Of a stretch of 64,000 bases of DNA, positions 40,777-53,224 are shown one piece after another (the first letter of the stretch is position 1; every line of letters begins with the position of its first letter). Source of the stretch: Rhynchobatus australiae. Taxonomy: Eukaryota. Made by a program: the position numbers and the translations under genes. The DNA is taken from positions 16,592,366 to 16,656,365 of the forward strand of contig JAUZTB010000062.1 in NCBI GenBank assembly GCA_034780895.1, in the 5' to 3' direction. The notes under the pieces are model-generated. The model had not been told where the DNA came from. It searched no databases and saw only the letters and a list, made by a program, of their open reading frames with translations.

Positions 40777-40944
40777 GTGAGGGAAAACACATGGACCATG
40801 TAGCTTTACTGAATGTGATTAAAGAGCAGCAGGAACAGCAGAAGCGACTGTTGGACCAACAGGAGAAACTGTTGGCTGTCATTCAGGAACAACACAAGGA
40901 GATCCACCAGCAAAAGAATGATGATGAGGACAAAGGACAGCTGG
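40777..40944 (+). CDS. SLC38A10: SLC38A10 penultimate coding exon (conserved coiled-coil)
   Basis: TGCAG acceptor and G|GTGAGA donor. [41 protein letters not shown] is nearly identical to the recalled human sequence. Confidence 0.95.
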
Positions 40945-41438
40945 GTGAGAGCCATTATAAAGAACACAGTAAAGATGGGCAATTCTGTACTAACTTGGGT
41001 GACAATTCTTTAAGAGGTAGATTCATCCAGCATTGTTCAGGTTGGGACATTTTTACTGATGTATTTAACATTAGAGACAAGATTAATCAGAACCACTCAA
41101 TAGATTGCTGTGGTGTGATGTAACTAGCAAAGCAACTTAATGCTGCAGAGAGGAACTGAACATGATGGTTTCCTCTGGATTGCAAATCAAAATGAAAATT
41201 CTATTGATGTAGGTCTTTTATGAACAATATATTTAAATAGTTGGGTAAAGTTATATAACATCTATGGAACAGCAAGAAAGAGGCAAATGCGCAAATTCTG
41301 CCCATTCAGCCAAATGAGCAGAATGGCCACTAACAGTATTATAAAGTTTTTATTGTCCTATAACTAATAAATCTGATCATTTTTCATGTTTTTGCTTATT
41401 ACTCTTGCATCTCCTTTACTTTTTTGAAATTTCTGTAG

Positions 41439-42628
41439 ATAATGAAAATCCCGCAAAAGAGAAAATTGATCAAGGAAGTGAAGATCGGGTAAAAAATGTC
41501 GAGGCTGTGAATGGGCAGAAGGAGGAGAAGCCTCATATAATCAATGCTGGTTTGAAGAGTGACTCTCCTAAACTTGACCAAGATTTGCTAGCAGCTGATC
41601 ACAAGAAAGATAATATTGAACCTAAAAATGTTATGCACAAAGCTCAGCGCAGTGCCCTAGAAAATCAGGATCAAGTTCATGATCCTAAGCAAGATGCTAA
41701 AATTGATGTTGACGCTCATAAAGTTGCCCCTCAGCTGAAAGATGGAATCAAAGAAATTGACCAAAATATTGGGGCTCCAGGACTTCTCTTGAAAAGCAAA
41801 GATGGTGAAAAACTGATGCTTCAGAATGATGTTGAAGTTCCTGAAGCAGCAGCTAAATCTGCCCAAGAGCATGGATTTAGAAATCCAAATATTCCCTTGG
41901 AGAATGCGATCAGAGTTCAAAGGAAAGAAGCTGAAGCTGGGGTTCGAAATCTGAAGATCCCAGATAAAGACACAAAGTTTTCTGAAGGTCTCAATGTTGA
42001 AGTAAAATCAAAAAATGAAGTTCATGGCATTGAATTGAAAATTGAGCCCAATCTTTTAATAGAAAAACCGAAGCATGATGAGAAGAATGAAAAAGTAAGA
42101 GTTGGAGCTAAGGATGTATTTGAGGGAAAGGATGATCACCCAGTTGGACACATGGAAGATGGGAAGGAAAAAATTGAGCAGCCAGTGAATGCAGCTAGAA
42201 TTCCAAAAAATCCAGAGGAAAATCTCAAAGACAGAGCACAAGAATCTGACAAAAGGAAAGTTGAAGACGATTCTTTGAAAAATCATAGAAAAGCTTCAGA
42301 TGACAAGATGCAGCCAGACCCAAACGTTGTGCCACAACACAAGGAAAAGAATCCAAGCCAGAAGAATGGTGAACCATACAAAGACCTGAAAGTCGATGGA
42401 GGTGGCGATCTACGCAGAAAAAAGAGGGACCTAAGGTCACAAATGGATGAAAGCCATCCGGATGATGGAGATAAACTGATCATCAACCTTGATCCAGTGC
42501 CAAACTTTAAAACGGACGATCTCCGAAGTGCCCTGGAGAACCAGCTGAAACAGGTAGCAGGAGGATCATTCCAAATAGTTCAGAGCCGAAAGATGAAACA
42601 AGTGACCAGCACCGAAGGTGATGCATGA
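41439..42628 (+). CDS. SLC38A10: SLC38A10 last coding exon (to the stop codon)
   Basis: TGTAG acceptor, phase 1, 1190-bp open frame. It ends DLKVDGGGDLRRKKRDL...IINLDPVPNFKTDDLRSALENQLKQVAGGSFQIVQSRKMKQ, homologous to human DLKLQAGSDLRRRRRDL...DLRGALDAQLRQAAGGALQVVHSRQLRQ. Confidence 0.95.
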
Positions 42629-43016
42629 TTCCTGTCCATGTTCCAGAGGACACATTTGAGGTTCAAACAAAATATTTCTTGGATGGTATGAAGATTCCTT
42701 TTGTGTGCCATGTGCAGCTTATACAGTGTCCCGACTGCATTGCATTGTGTGAATGAAGTCCACTTACAACAAATCAGTAGGATTTTAAGAAGCATTTTGA
42801 AGTAATTCAGAAAAAGTTTTTGGAATTTGGTTACCTGCTAAATAGCAATTGTACAAGGAGGTTAATTAATGATGTTATCTGGATCATTTGATATATGTAC
42901 TGAAGCTGATGATTATCGGAAGGGAGTGGGTAATCCAGAAATTCTAAAAGTGTGAATTACAGGAAATCTCAAATCCTGTTGTTCTGTGCATCTATTAATA
43001 GAAGCCACCAAGAATG

Positions 43017-44677
43017 AATAAAAATATACTGCAACCTATGGGATTGTGACAGCTAAACGTACCATTGATTGTATGAAGGCCATGTTCAAACCTTTGAAAT
43101 GCAACTAAACCACCCAACTACTAGTGTCTTCAATTTCCTCTCAGGGACAACAAGCTGCTTCAATGCAAACAGCAAGCTTTTCTTATTGGATATTTCTAAA
43201 TGGATATTCATTAGGCAGTTGATTGTATATTTTAATAATATAGAGATTTGTGTGATTAATGCCTAAATTTTTTACATGTGTGCACGAGTAAGTTATCATC
43301 TAAACTCTCACCAATATTTGACTTAAGACCTTCCTTTTCCTGCTAAAATAAACTACTTTGGATCACATTTTATGCCTTAAAATGTGCTCGATTCTCCATT
43401 AATCCATTGTGCATTGAATTTTATAATGACTACCTTATCATAATCTTGGCATTCTGAAAAACTGATGAATTATTTTGCAAGAGTTCTTTTCACAGTAGTG
43501 TTTTGAACTAATTGTGTATTTTATGATGGGTGAAAGGTGCAATATTTAATTGTGGCCATTTATCTAACTCTTGCACAGCATACCTGTTGGCAAAATATGT
43601 AGGTCAGCTGTTATGCCCAGAAAATGGAAATGTATATTTTAAATGAATAATCCAGAATAAGTTCCTGAATAATGCATTATTTATATAAGAAACACTTTTT
43701 TCTCTGTATACTTTAAGTTTTCAAAAATTCTTTATAAACCAATTTTAAGTGTTGTAAAAAAAAAATTGGGTTCTCAATTCTGACTGTACACAAGATTTCA
43801 TTTGTATCTTCCATACCCATTTGCAACAGGTATCATATCAAGGGCCAGTCAGTGTTGGAACATGGGGTGTCTATTTTCACTTCATAGAAATGCCTTAAAG
43901 CCAAAGTAGATACCAAGTTTCTCTTTTCTCACAGGGCTGGGAGATAAATATTTTAAAGGTTCAAATATCCATGTTTTCAGATGTAATCCATATGAATGCA
44001 AGTCCCTGGAATTAGTTGCATTTAATTAGGTTGACTATTCAAATAATGCCATGCTGGCACTACCACCAAGTTGTTCCCATTTACAAGCTTTCACACATGT
44101 AATTTTTTTTTGTTAGAGTGTTTCTAATTTACTTTTAATATCTATGTTCAAAGATGTGTAAACTTGGCACACTTGTAAATAATACTATTAAAACAGATGG
44201 TATGATAGATTCTATGCGGGGTTCAGAACAGGCAGTAATTTTTCAATTTCCAAATACTTATTAGAATATCAGTTTTATTTATGGAAACTGATCAGGGCAG
44301 AGAAGCAGGTTATTTATAATTGCGTAAATTAATGTGGCCTAAATATAGTGACTATTTTTGCAAATATTTTTAAGCCACAAAAATCTTCCAATGACTTAAC
44401 TTCCCAGTCCATCACCAAGTTGCAAATATGACTGCTAGGTAAATTTTTCTTAAACTATTTATTACTCATTTATTAATTGCCATCTGTTTATTACCAATGC
44501 TACAAGGAATCAAAGGTTAAAATCATCCATGTCCCATTTCATTTTACGTGACTTAAGTTGATACATGTGTTTCTGTGTCCTTTTACANNNNNNNNNNNNN
44601 NNGTTACAAAACTGTAAATGTTACTATCTTCGTACAAGTAGTATACCAGTTAGTTTACTTATATACATTAAAATAAA
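43017..44677 (+). terminator. Candidate SLC38A10 polyadenylation signals
   Basis: AATAAA at 43017-43022, 43347-43352 and 44672-44677 in AU-rich, repeat-poor sequence after the stop. The site actually used cannot be determined. Confidence 0.4.
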
Positions 44678-47259
44678 GATTCTGCAACATCTCAGCAAAG
44701 AGGATGGTCTGTATTCAGACCTTGGCTAGTGTTCCTTAAGCTCCCTGTTGGGAAACAAGCAGGGGAAATTATTATTTTACCATCTGAGTTATTGTTTCTT
44801 GTAGATAAGTGCCTGAGTTCCACTTGGTGCCTTCTTTCAAGGTGCTGTTAGTCTATGAACCAACATATGGGAAGTGAAAACCATACTACTTCCTGCAGCT
44901 TTTAATAAGCACATTTTTCTTGCTGGAAACATTTGAATCTGATTTCCAAATTTAATGATTTAAAAATCTCAATGTTTATTACATCTTCTACCTTAATTGT
45001 TCTCATCTAAATGCTGTTCAGAATTAAAAATGATGGCAAATACTCATCTGGTAGAAAAGTTAAAACTTTGGGTCAGTTTTTCTGTCCGTTAACTGCATCT
45101 GCATGTTTCATAAAGTTGAGGTGAAAGTGAATTTTTCACATTACTCCTGGAAGTTATTTACATTTTATCTTTCATTTTGACATTTTCATCCATTGCAGTT
45201 TTTAAAATATTGCATATAACTTACTGTACTGTATTTTAATACTTCCCTAATACTTGTGATCAGATTTTATGTGTAATCCTGTCATCATTTTGCTAAATGT
45301 TTGAAGTGCTGTTGCTCAGTTAATTCAGGATTATCCTTCAACAGTTCACCTTTGCATTTGAAATAAGGGATGGATTAAGTTTAAGTGCAAAAAGCAACAA
45401 AATGAAAATGACTGAAAGTGAATGTGAACTAAACCACTGACTAAGAAAGTGTCACTGATGAGAGTCCAAGAAAACATTCCAAATTAATATTAACTCCGGA
45501 TGGAGAAGGAAATGGAACACGCAGATACATTGTTATAATGTAAATGGTTGGCTTATCAATAAAGTGCGATTAACAAACATTGGCATAGAATTGTATTTAT
45601 TGTATTTCCTGGAAATGTTGCAGATAAATGGTAGAATCTGTACATTTCCCTGTCAGCAGTTTCCATTTTAATTAATCTGCTTAAAGATAGCAAACTGCAA
45701 AACTCTCTAATGATCATAATTCACTTTGTGGATTGTTTCCTGAAGAGTTAATTTTGAGATCTGAATGCTATCCCTATTTAATGCCTACCTCACTCAGTTC
45801 CATATTTACTTATCAGAAGTTTTAATAATTGTTAGCTGTGTTTTTCTAATAATCTGAATTGATGTTCAGATGAAAGAATTAATTAAAATCAAACTTTATA
45901 TCGGACGTGAAGATTTTATACTGCTGTGGGGGGAAATTTTATTACAAAGAAGTTTCGAAAACAAGGGATTGTTTTGGTAGGTTCTAACATAACGATTGAT
46001 TATTTGTATAAATTCCTTTAGTAAATTTGCATCAGTGATGTTTGAGCAATGTTTGCTGCACACATTTGAGAGCAGTTCAGATAAACGTGTAAAATTGCAT
46101 GATGGAATATTACAATTCTATATGTACAGGTCCACAAAATTTGTCACAATTTGGGTAGTTCCTCGGGATTGAAGATTATTTGATTCCACTCTTTTTTTTG
46201 GTTTTGGAGGTTGCTCTTCAGACCAATCTGGAACTGCAAACTCTTCCACAGATGGGCAGGTGGTGGTTAAAATATTGGGATTGTCCAGTTGATCCCAAAC
46301 CTTGCATGGTGGAGTGGAAGTCACCTACGAGCAGCTTCTTTTAATGTAAGGTGGCCATTGTACACCAGCTGCTGCAAGGGCTTCATAGAGGTAGGTCTTG
46401 TTCCAGTGGCAATGGGTATAAGATAAATATAGATGACTGCATGGGAATGCTATGGGGGTACACGTATAGGTTCTGCCTAGCGTGCACTCACACACATACT
46501 GGAGTCCATGCCCACTATCTCCCTCTGGGTTTGTCACCCCCTCCTTGCCCACATTTCCAGCTATGGCCCAGTGGACAGCTCTTATGCCCAGCTGCAGACT
46601 GACCCACATTGTGAACTGCATTCCTAGTCCCTGGCTCCNNNNNNNNNNNNNNNNNNNNNNNNNNNNNNNNNNNNNNNNNNNNNNNNNNNNNNNNNNNNNN
46701 NNNNNNNNNNNNNNNNNNNNNNNNNNNNNNNNNNNNNNNNNNNNNNNNNNNNNNNNNNNNNNNNNNNNNNNNNNNNNNNNNNNNNNNNNNNNNNNNNNNN
46801 NNNNNNNNNNNNNNNNNNNNNNNNNNNNNNNNNNNNNNNNNNNNNNNNNNNNNNNNNNNNNNNNNNNNNNNNNNNNNNNNNNNNNNNNNNNNNNNNNNNN
46901 NNNNNNNNNNNNNNNNNNNNNNNNNNNNNNNNNNNNNNNNNNNNNNNNNNNNNNNNNNNCCTGGTACAGAAACACATGAATGCCATGTCACATGATTGTG
47001 TTCAGCTGTGCTGTCTAAGTGACAGAATTGTCCAATGTATATCCAAAACCAGCGCAAATTATTTTTAACCTCTTGGGTAAATGTACAGATTAAAAACACA
47101 AGTAATATTTATTATTCCAGAAAGATGATATTTAGAGACTGAAAACCAGTGCTAGGGAGAAAATTAAAGATCTGAGTAAAACAAGCTATTGAGTTCTTTT
47201 CATCTGAGAACAAGGTTTTACTCCAAGCTACACTGGGAGAATAAAAGACTTTTCTGACA

Positions 47260-47351
47260 CTTTAAAGCCAAGATGCAGCAGCTTTAAAGCCAAGATGCAG
47301 CAGCTTTAAAGCCAAGATGCAGCAGCTTTAAAGCCAAGATGCAGCAGCTTT
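47260..47351. repeat. Perfect 22-bp tandem repeat, about 4.2 copies
   Basis: (CTTTAAAGCCAAGATGCAGCAG)x4 followed by CTTT. Confidence 0.95.
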
Positions 47352-48937
47352 GAAGAAGGTTGTATGTAACTGCTGCTGAACTTGATTTGGGGATGCATAA
47401 TGAGAACTAATTTTTTAAAATATAAATATCCTAATCCCTCAATTTGGGAATAAAAATATCAGTTTCTCCAATAGCACTAAACATAGAATTGCATTAATAT
47501 ATGAAATGAAAGTATCAAAATTCTTATATATAAAAAGGCTTCACTATTACATTCACCACAAAATTAGGGTATGGTAGATGTATAATCTCATTGTAAGCTC
47601 ATTACAACAACCATTTGTTTTAAGGGAGTTGCATTTTGCCAAATTCTAAAGCGTTACTTTANNNNNNNNNNNNNNNNNNNNNNNNNNNNNNNNNNNNNNN
47701 NNNNNNNNNNNNNNNNNNNNNNNNNNNNNNNNNNNNNNNNNNNNNNNNNNNNNNNNNNNNNNNNNNNNNNNNNNNNNNNNNNNNNNNNNNNNNNNNNNNN
47801 NNNNNNNNNNNNNNNNNNNNNNNNNNNNNNNNNNNNNNNNNNNNNNNNNNNNNNNNNNNNNNNNNNNNNNNNNNNNNNNNNNNNNNNNNNNNNNNNNNNN
47901 NNNNNNNNNNNNNNNNNNNNNNNNNNNNNNNNNNNNNNNNNNNNNNNNNNNNNNNNNNNNNNNNNNNNNNNNNNNNNNNNNNNNNNNNNNNNNNNNNNNN
48001 NNNNNNNNNNNNNNNNNNNNNNNNNNNNNNNNNNNNNNNNNNNNNNNNNNNNNNNNNNNNNNNNNNNNNNNNNNNNNNNNNNNNNNNNNNNNNNNNNNNN
48101 NNNNNTAATAGACACAATGGCACCAATGCTTAAAAATTCAATGAAATGCAGAGGGATATTTGAAAAAAAACAGGGTTTTATTGTGCCTGCTTTGTTTTAA
48201 ATATTGCTGCTTTCACCAGGGTACCACATACTGCTGAGCTTGAAAGCTCGTGTTTCAGTTTCTCTTGTTAACAAGTGTTTAAAAAAAACCATAGGGACAA
48301 GATTTCCATTTTCTCTCTCCACTCAAGTCTAACCTTACTCCCACTTTACCTTGACCCATTAATGTTCCTCTCCTGCCTTTCAAACCCACCCTTGAAGTAC
48401 GCAAAGCCTTGTTCAACCAATCTTCTCTACTCCACTAGTCCTTTTGCACTGTTCTCCTTAATCCTTTTGCCTATCCAAATATTATTCTATTTTTAACCTT
48501 GCCTTTCTAAGACCCAACCAGTTTTCTGCTTTGCTTCCTCTCTTCTCAGCATCAAAAGCTTCCTATTCATCTTTGCCTTTCATCAACCTCAATTTTACTT
48601 CTGATTGACCATCTGTTTGCCATTGTGAAGCACTTTGAGACATCCACTGTGTTAATAATTGATAAAGGTTTGCGAAAGAGTCATTACACTTAGAAATGGA
48701 TAAGCTACCTGGTCCAGATGGAATCCATCATAAATTACTGAGGGAAGTAAGGGAGAATATTGCAGATAGTGTAGCCATATTCCTCCAAACATCTATAGAT
48801 TCCGGTGGAGCCTAAGGACTAGAAAATTGCAAATGTTACACCCTTTTCAAAAGCAGGATGTGTGGATAAACCCAGTAACTACAAACCTGTCGGCTTAATC
48901 TCAGTGGCGGGGAAAGTTCCAGAAACAATAATCATTA

Positions 48938-49213
48938 TACATAGATGTACAGCATAGAAATAGGCCCTTTGGCCCTTCACGTCTATGCTGACCATCATAC
49001 CTTTGCTATACTCATCCCACTTGCCAGCATTAATTCCACATCCTTCTATACCTTGCTCATTGAAGTACCTGTCCAGATGCTTCTTAAATGTGTACCTGTT
49101 CCTGGCTCTTGACATTTTTGTATTAAAAATGAATCCCTCTGATCTCCTTTAAACCTCAGTTCTCTTACCTTAAACCTATGCCCTCTAATTTTAGGTAGCC
49201 CTACTATGGGAAT
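48938..49213 (-). mobile_element. CR1/HER1 3' end inserted in reverse within the older CR1
   Basis: TACAGCATAGAAATAGGCCCTTTGGCCC...TACCTGTCCAGATGCTTCTTAAATG (ORF track: TFKKHLDRYFN on the minus strand). Confidence 0.75.
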
Positions 49214-49349
49214 CAAAGACTGAATTAGCAGTCACTTGGACAAGTAATTGATTATAGAGAAAGTCAGAATATCTTTTAAATTTATTCAAGTCTAAGCTGT
49301 TGATAAAGTAACATTGAGAGAAATATGGTTAGTGTGGTAAACATGGACC

Positions 49350-49695
49350 TTTTTATTATGTGATCATTGCTGACAAGGCCAGCATTTGTTGCCCATCCTT
49401 AATCATTGTGAAGAGTGATTGCTGGGCCCTTTCAAAGTCAATCACGTTGCTGTGGGTCTGGAGCCACATGCAGACCAGGCCATGTAAGAGTAGTAGATTT
49501 CTTCCCCTGAGGACATTAGTGAATCTGTTGGGTTTTTACAATAATCCAATACCTTTCTGGACCTCATTGCTAGGCCTGACCAGTTTGTTTATAATTCCAA
49601 ATTACTCATTGCATTTACATTTCACAGTTGATAAGGTAGAATTTTAGTGTAGATCTCTGGTTTAATTGTCCAGTAAATCAACAACTGCGTCACTC
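49350..49695 (-). mobile_element. MetaSINE-like SINE (SlmI-like core), reverse orientation
   Basis: GTTGCTGTGGGTCTGGAGCCACATG...GATTTCTTCCCCTGAGGACATTAGTGAA is the reverse-complement of the recalled core TTCACTAATGTCCTTTAGGGAAGGAAATC...CATGTGACTCCAGACCCACAGCAA. Confidence 0.65.
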
Positions 49696-50731
49696 CAGAC
49701 TTCAAAAAGCATTTGATAAGCCATTACAAATTAGGCTTGTCTCAAGACAATAATATGGAATAAAAAGAGCTGGAGTAGCTTGGATAAAAGTTGGCTAGGT
49801 GACAGGAAACAGAGAATGACCATGAAATATTGCTTTCCTTTTTTGGGGAGAGGTGTGCAATTGGATCCCCTGGTTTACTGGTCTTTTTTTAATATATAAT
49901 AAATCTTTGGACCTTGGCGTTCAGGACATGAATTTCACACCAAATCACATCAAACTTGGAGGTGTTGAGAACTGGGAGAATGGTGATAGGAGATATAAAC
50001 AAGCTGGTGGAATAGACTGAGAGGTGGCAGATGAAATTTAATGCTGAGAAAAACCATGTTACATTTTGGTAAAAAGAATGAGAAGAGCCGATATGCACAG
50101 GAAATGAAGGGGGAACTATTCAGAAAGTGAGATATCTGACTGTAGACAAAAACGTAATGGATTGTTCCGAAACATTCCACAGGATGATGCCTGCACTGCT
50201 GAGTTTTTCAGCACTTCTTTTTATTTAAGATCTGAGGGTATCTGTGCATTGTTCCTTTAAACAGCAGAGCAGGTTAAGTAAGGGATTAAAGAAAGCATTA
50301 GGGAATCGGGGCATTATAAATAAAGGCATGGAGGATAGGGGCAAGGAAGTCACAATGAGTTAAAACACTAGTTTAGCCACAACTGGAGTACTGTATTGTG
50401 TCCAGTGATTAGTAAAGAATGGCATGTAGAAAAGTGAGATGAAAATGTTTTATATGGAGAGAGTGGTAGGGTCTGGAGAGCACTGCCGGGGTAGTGGTGC
50501 AGGTAAATTCAATAGTAGCATTCAATAGGGAGCTGGCTAGTACTGGAATGGAAAGGGTTTGCAGGATTATGAGGCCAGGGCTGGAGCCTGAGACTAGTTA
50601 GATTCTCTTCCATAGAGCTGCCATGCACTCAATGAGCCAAATGGCCTCCCATGCTTTAACCAATCTACAATTGTGGAAAAGTTGCAATATAAACCTACTG
50701 TCTCTGAACGGCACTATCCAATTGATGAGGT

Positions 50732-50758
50732 TTAGAAAATGGGGCATGGTAGCTTGGC
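50732..50758 (-). CDS. NDUFAF8: Tentative NDUFAF8 terminal coding exon (AKLPCPIF*)
   Basis: Pyrimidine tract CTTTGTTTCTCATTTCCATTTGCATTCAAG, then GCC AAG in phase 0. It starts AK like the recalled human C-terminus (AKKTLEGGC) and has a similar length. Other candidates exist. Confidence 0.3.
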   Translation of the reverse strand, partial: AKLPCPIF

Positions 50759-52778
50759 CTTGAATGCAAATGGAAATGAGAAACAAAGCCCCACAGCTGA
50801 GCAAATGATTTAAGCAGATGATTATGGCATCTTAATCCCTAAATTCCAATTTATACATTATAAAACAGGTAACTAACTTTATCTGACTAAGGCTTATATC
50901 AGATGAGACATTTAAGTGATTTTTTTTAATCCTGTTAAATACTGGCTTAGAATTTGTCTTCAGATTTATTTCTTTTTCTTTATTTGGAAAATTAAAAGTC
51001 TGTCTCAAGATCATCTATTTGGAACATTTTCCAGAAATGTTAGAGGCTCTCATAACTTTTCACAAGGGGCTACTTCATGCTCATTTATTTGTTGGTGGAG
51101 CAGCAGACCATGAAAAGCCAGACTTGTGAAGTACCACTGGAGAAGATCTCAATCCTCCTATACATAACCAACCAAAAGCAGGTTCAGATGGAGAACATCC
51201 CTCAGCAATGTCCATGCAGTTATGTCAAAAAGTTTGCATGTTTTGTGAACAACCACTCCCTCCAGCAGACTCAGAATTGGAGAGAAAACCTCCCCTGATT
51301 AGATCTCAAAGATGGTATTGGATATCTACTTACACTGCCATCTACCTCACATCTTCCAAGTCTCTGCAGCACCTTAACATAGTTGTGATTCTTTGAAAGC
51401 ATTTTTCACTGTATTTTCCATCCTTTTTATGGACTGTAAAAGGTCCCATGTCAATTCTTCATCCATCTATATCATCCAGACTTAATATACTTCCTCTACT
51501 CCCATTTACTCGATCAATAATCAAGTGAACAGTTGCTTTACTATTCCTGATGCTGTCCTGTGGCCTTTGATTCTCAGGAATCATGTCCTTTTTTTTAGAT
51601 GGAACAATAGAACATTAAAATTGTGTCAAAGAATGCTGCTTTCAAATCCTCGTGAAATTCCCACTTGAAGAATGTGGCTTCATGAGGCATATATGTACTG
51701 TAGATAATGTATTCCAGGGAGGTCAAACTGATATCACACGATGGGTGTGTGGTAACATTCTAGCACCTTGATGGGTCACATTCAGCAGCAGTTCCTTGGG
51801 GGTGGTGGCCTGCAATAGATATTAACATTCATCTCAATTACTTTTTTGGTGTTATCAGGGCAGCCAGGTTGTGGGATATATGTACAGCTGAATAAGGAGA
51901 AATGGTGTTTACAGATAAGCCTTTGTGCTGTATTTAGTCTGGGCACTCGAATCAGTTCTGCAGATGTATTTAATAGTCGAATGAATACTACTTTCATGAA
52001 ACATTCTTAAAATAAACATCAACTTATATATCTCTGAAAGAATATAATTTAATAGGCAAACAATCACAAAACTTACAAAGGCAGAAAGCCAGGTCCAGCA
52101 GAAATTTGTCTACAAGATATATTGAGTCTTAATCTATTTAATTCTCAAACAAAAACCCATTATTCCAAACAATTCAGACTGCCATTGTTAAAGACTAAAA
52201 TGAGGAGGAGTGGTGGGAACTCTGAAGTCATCCAAGTTCAGTACCTTGGGTCCAGCATCAGTTTCATCATATCCCTTCCAAGTGCAGAAACACCAGACAC
52301 AAAGTGGTTAAATGTTTAATTTNNNNNNNNNNNNNNNNNNNNNNNNNNNNNNNNNNNNNNNNNNNNNNNNNNNNNNNNNNNNNNNNNNNNNNNNNNNNNN
52401 NNNNNNNNNNNNNNNNNNNNNNNNNNNNNNNNNNNNNNNNNNNNNNNNNNNNNNNNNNNNNNNNNNNNNNNNNNNNNNNNNNNNNNNNNNNNNNNNNNNN
52501 NNNNNNNNNNNNNNNNNNNNNNNNNNNNNNNNNNNNNNNNNNNNNNNNNNNNNNNNNNNNNNNNNNNNNNNNNNNNNNNNNNNNNNNNNNNNNNNNNNNN
52601 NNNNNNNNNNNNNNNNNNNNNNNNNNNNNNNNNNNNNNNNNNNNNNNNNNNNNNNNNNNNNNNNNNNNNNNNNNNNNNNNNNNNNNNNNNNNNNNNNNNN
52701 NNNNNNNNNNNNNNNNNNNNNNNNNNNNNNNNNNNNNNNNNNNNNNNNNNNNNNNNNNNNNNNNNNNNNNNNNNNNNA

Positions 52779-52942
52779 CATTGGTCAAATTCAAGAGATT
52801 GCTAGATAAGCATATGGAGGAATTTAAAATAGAGGGATAAGTGGGAGGAAGGGGTTAGATAGTCTTAGGTGAGGTTTAAAGGTTGGCACAACATTGTGGG
52901 CCAAAGGGCCTATATTGTGTTGTACTGTTCTATGTTCTATGT
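52779..52942 (+). mobile_element. CR1/HER1 3' end next to a gap
   Basis: TLVKFKRLLDKHM followed by GTGGGCCAAAGGGCCTATATTGTGTTGTACTGTTCTATGTTCTATG. Confidence 0.8.
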
Positions 52943-53224
52943 TACAAATGAACTTCACAGTCACTTATCCTTCTGCAGTGACACCTTTTTTGTTCCCAGC
53001 ACAAAGACAGATCAGAAGAATTGATGTCTTACAGTTGGGTGATTTAACCAGCAGAATATTTCTGTATCAGTTACTCACTTAGACCATAGATTTAACAAAA
53101 ATGAGGGGTGAAAATGGCTCTTTGCGAACTGAATCCTTTATGGTCGGTCATAAGGTCCACAAGTTGAGTTTTGAGTTAAATTACTGCAGCTGAGACAGCC
53201 CAGTAATGACCACCACAGTGCACA

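Larger units (their letters stand above)
48680..50660 (+). mobile_element. Old CR1 LINE carrying nested insertions
   Basis: DKxPGPDGIH..LLRE, NVTPxFKxG..DKPSNYKPVGLISVAGK, MDF.KAFDK, WQMKFNAEK and VxPQLEYC motifs in CR1 order, interrupted by other repeats. Confidence 0.8.

Noticed and set aside
41399-42486. Minus-strand ORFs overlapping SLC38A10 exons (also 33701-34136)
   Set aside because: These are shadow frames of the real coding strand.
47260-47351. CRISPR-like array
   Set aside because: The tandem units have no spacers, the context is eukaryotic, and there are no cas genes.
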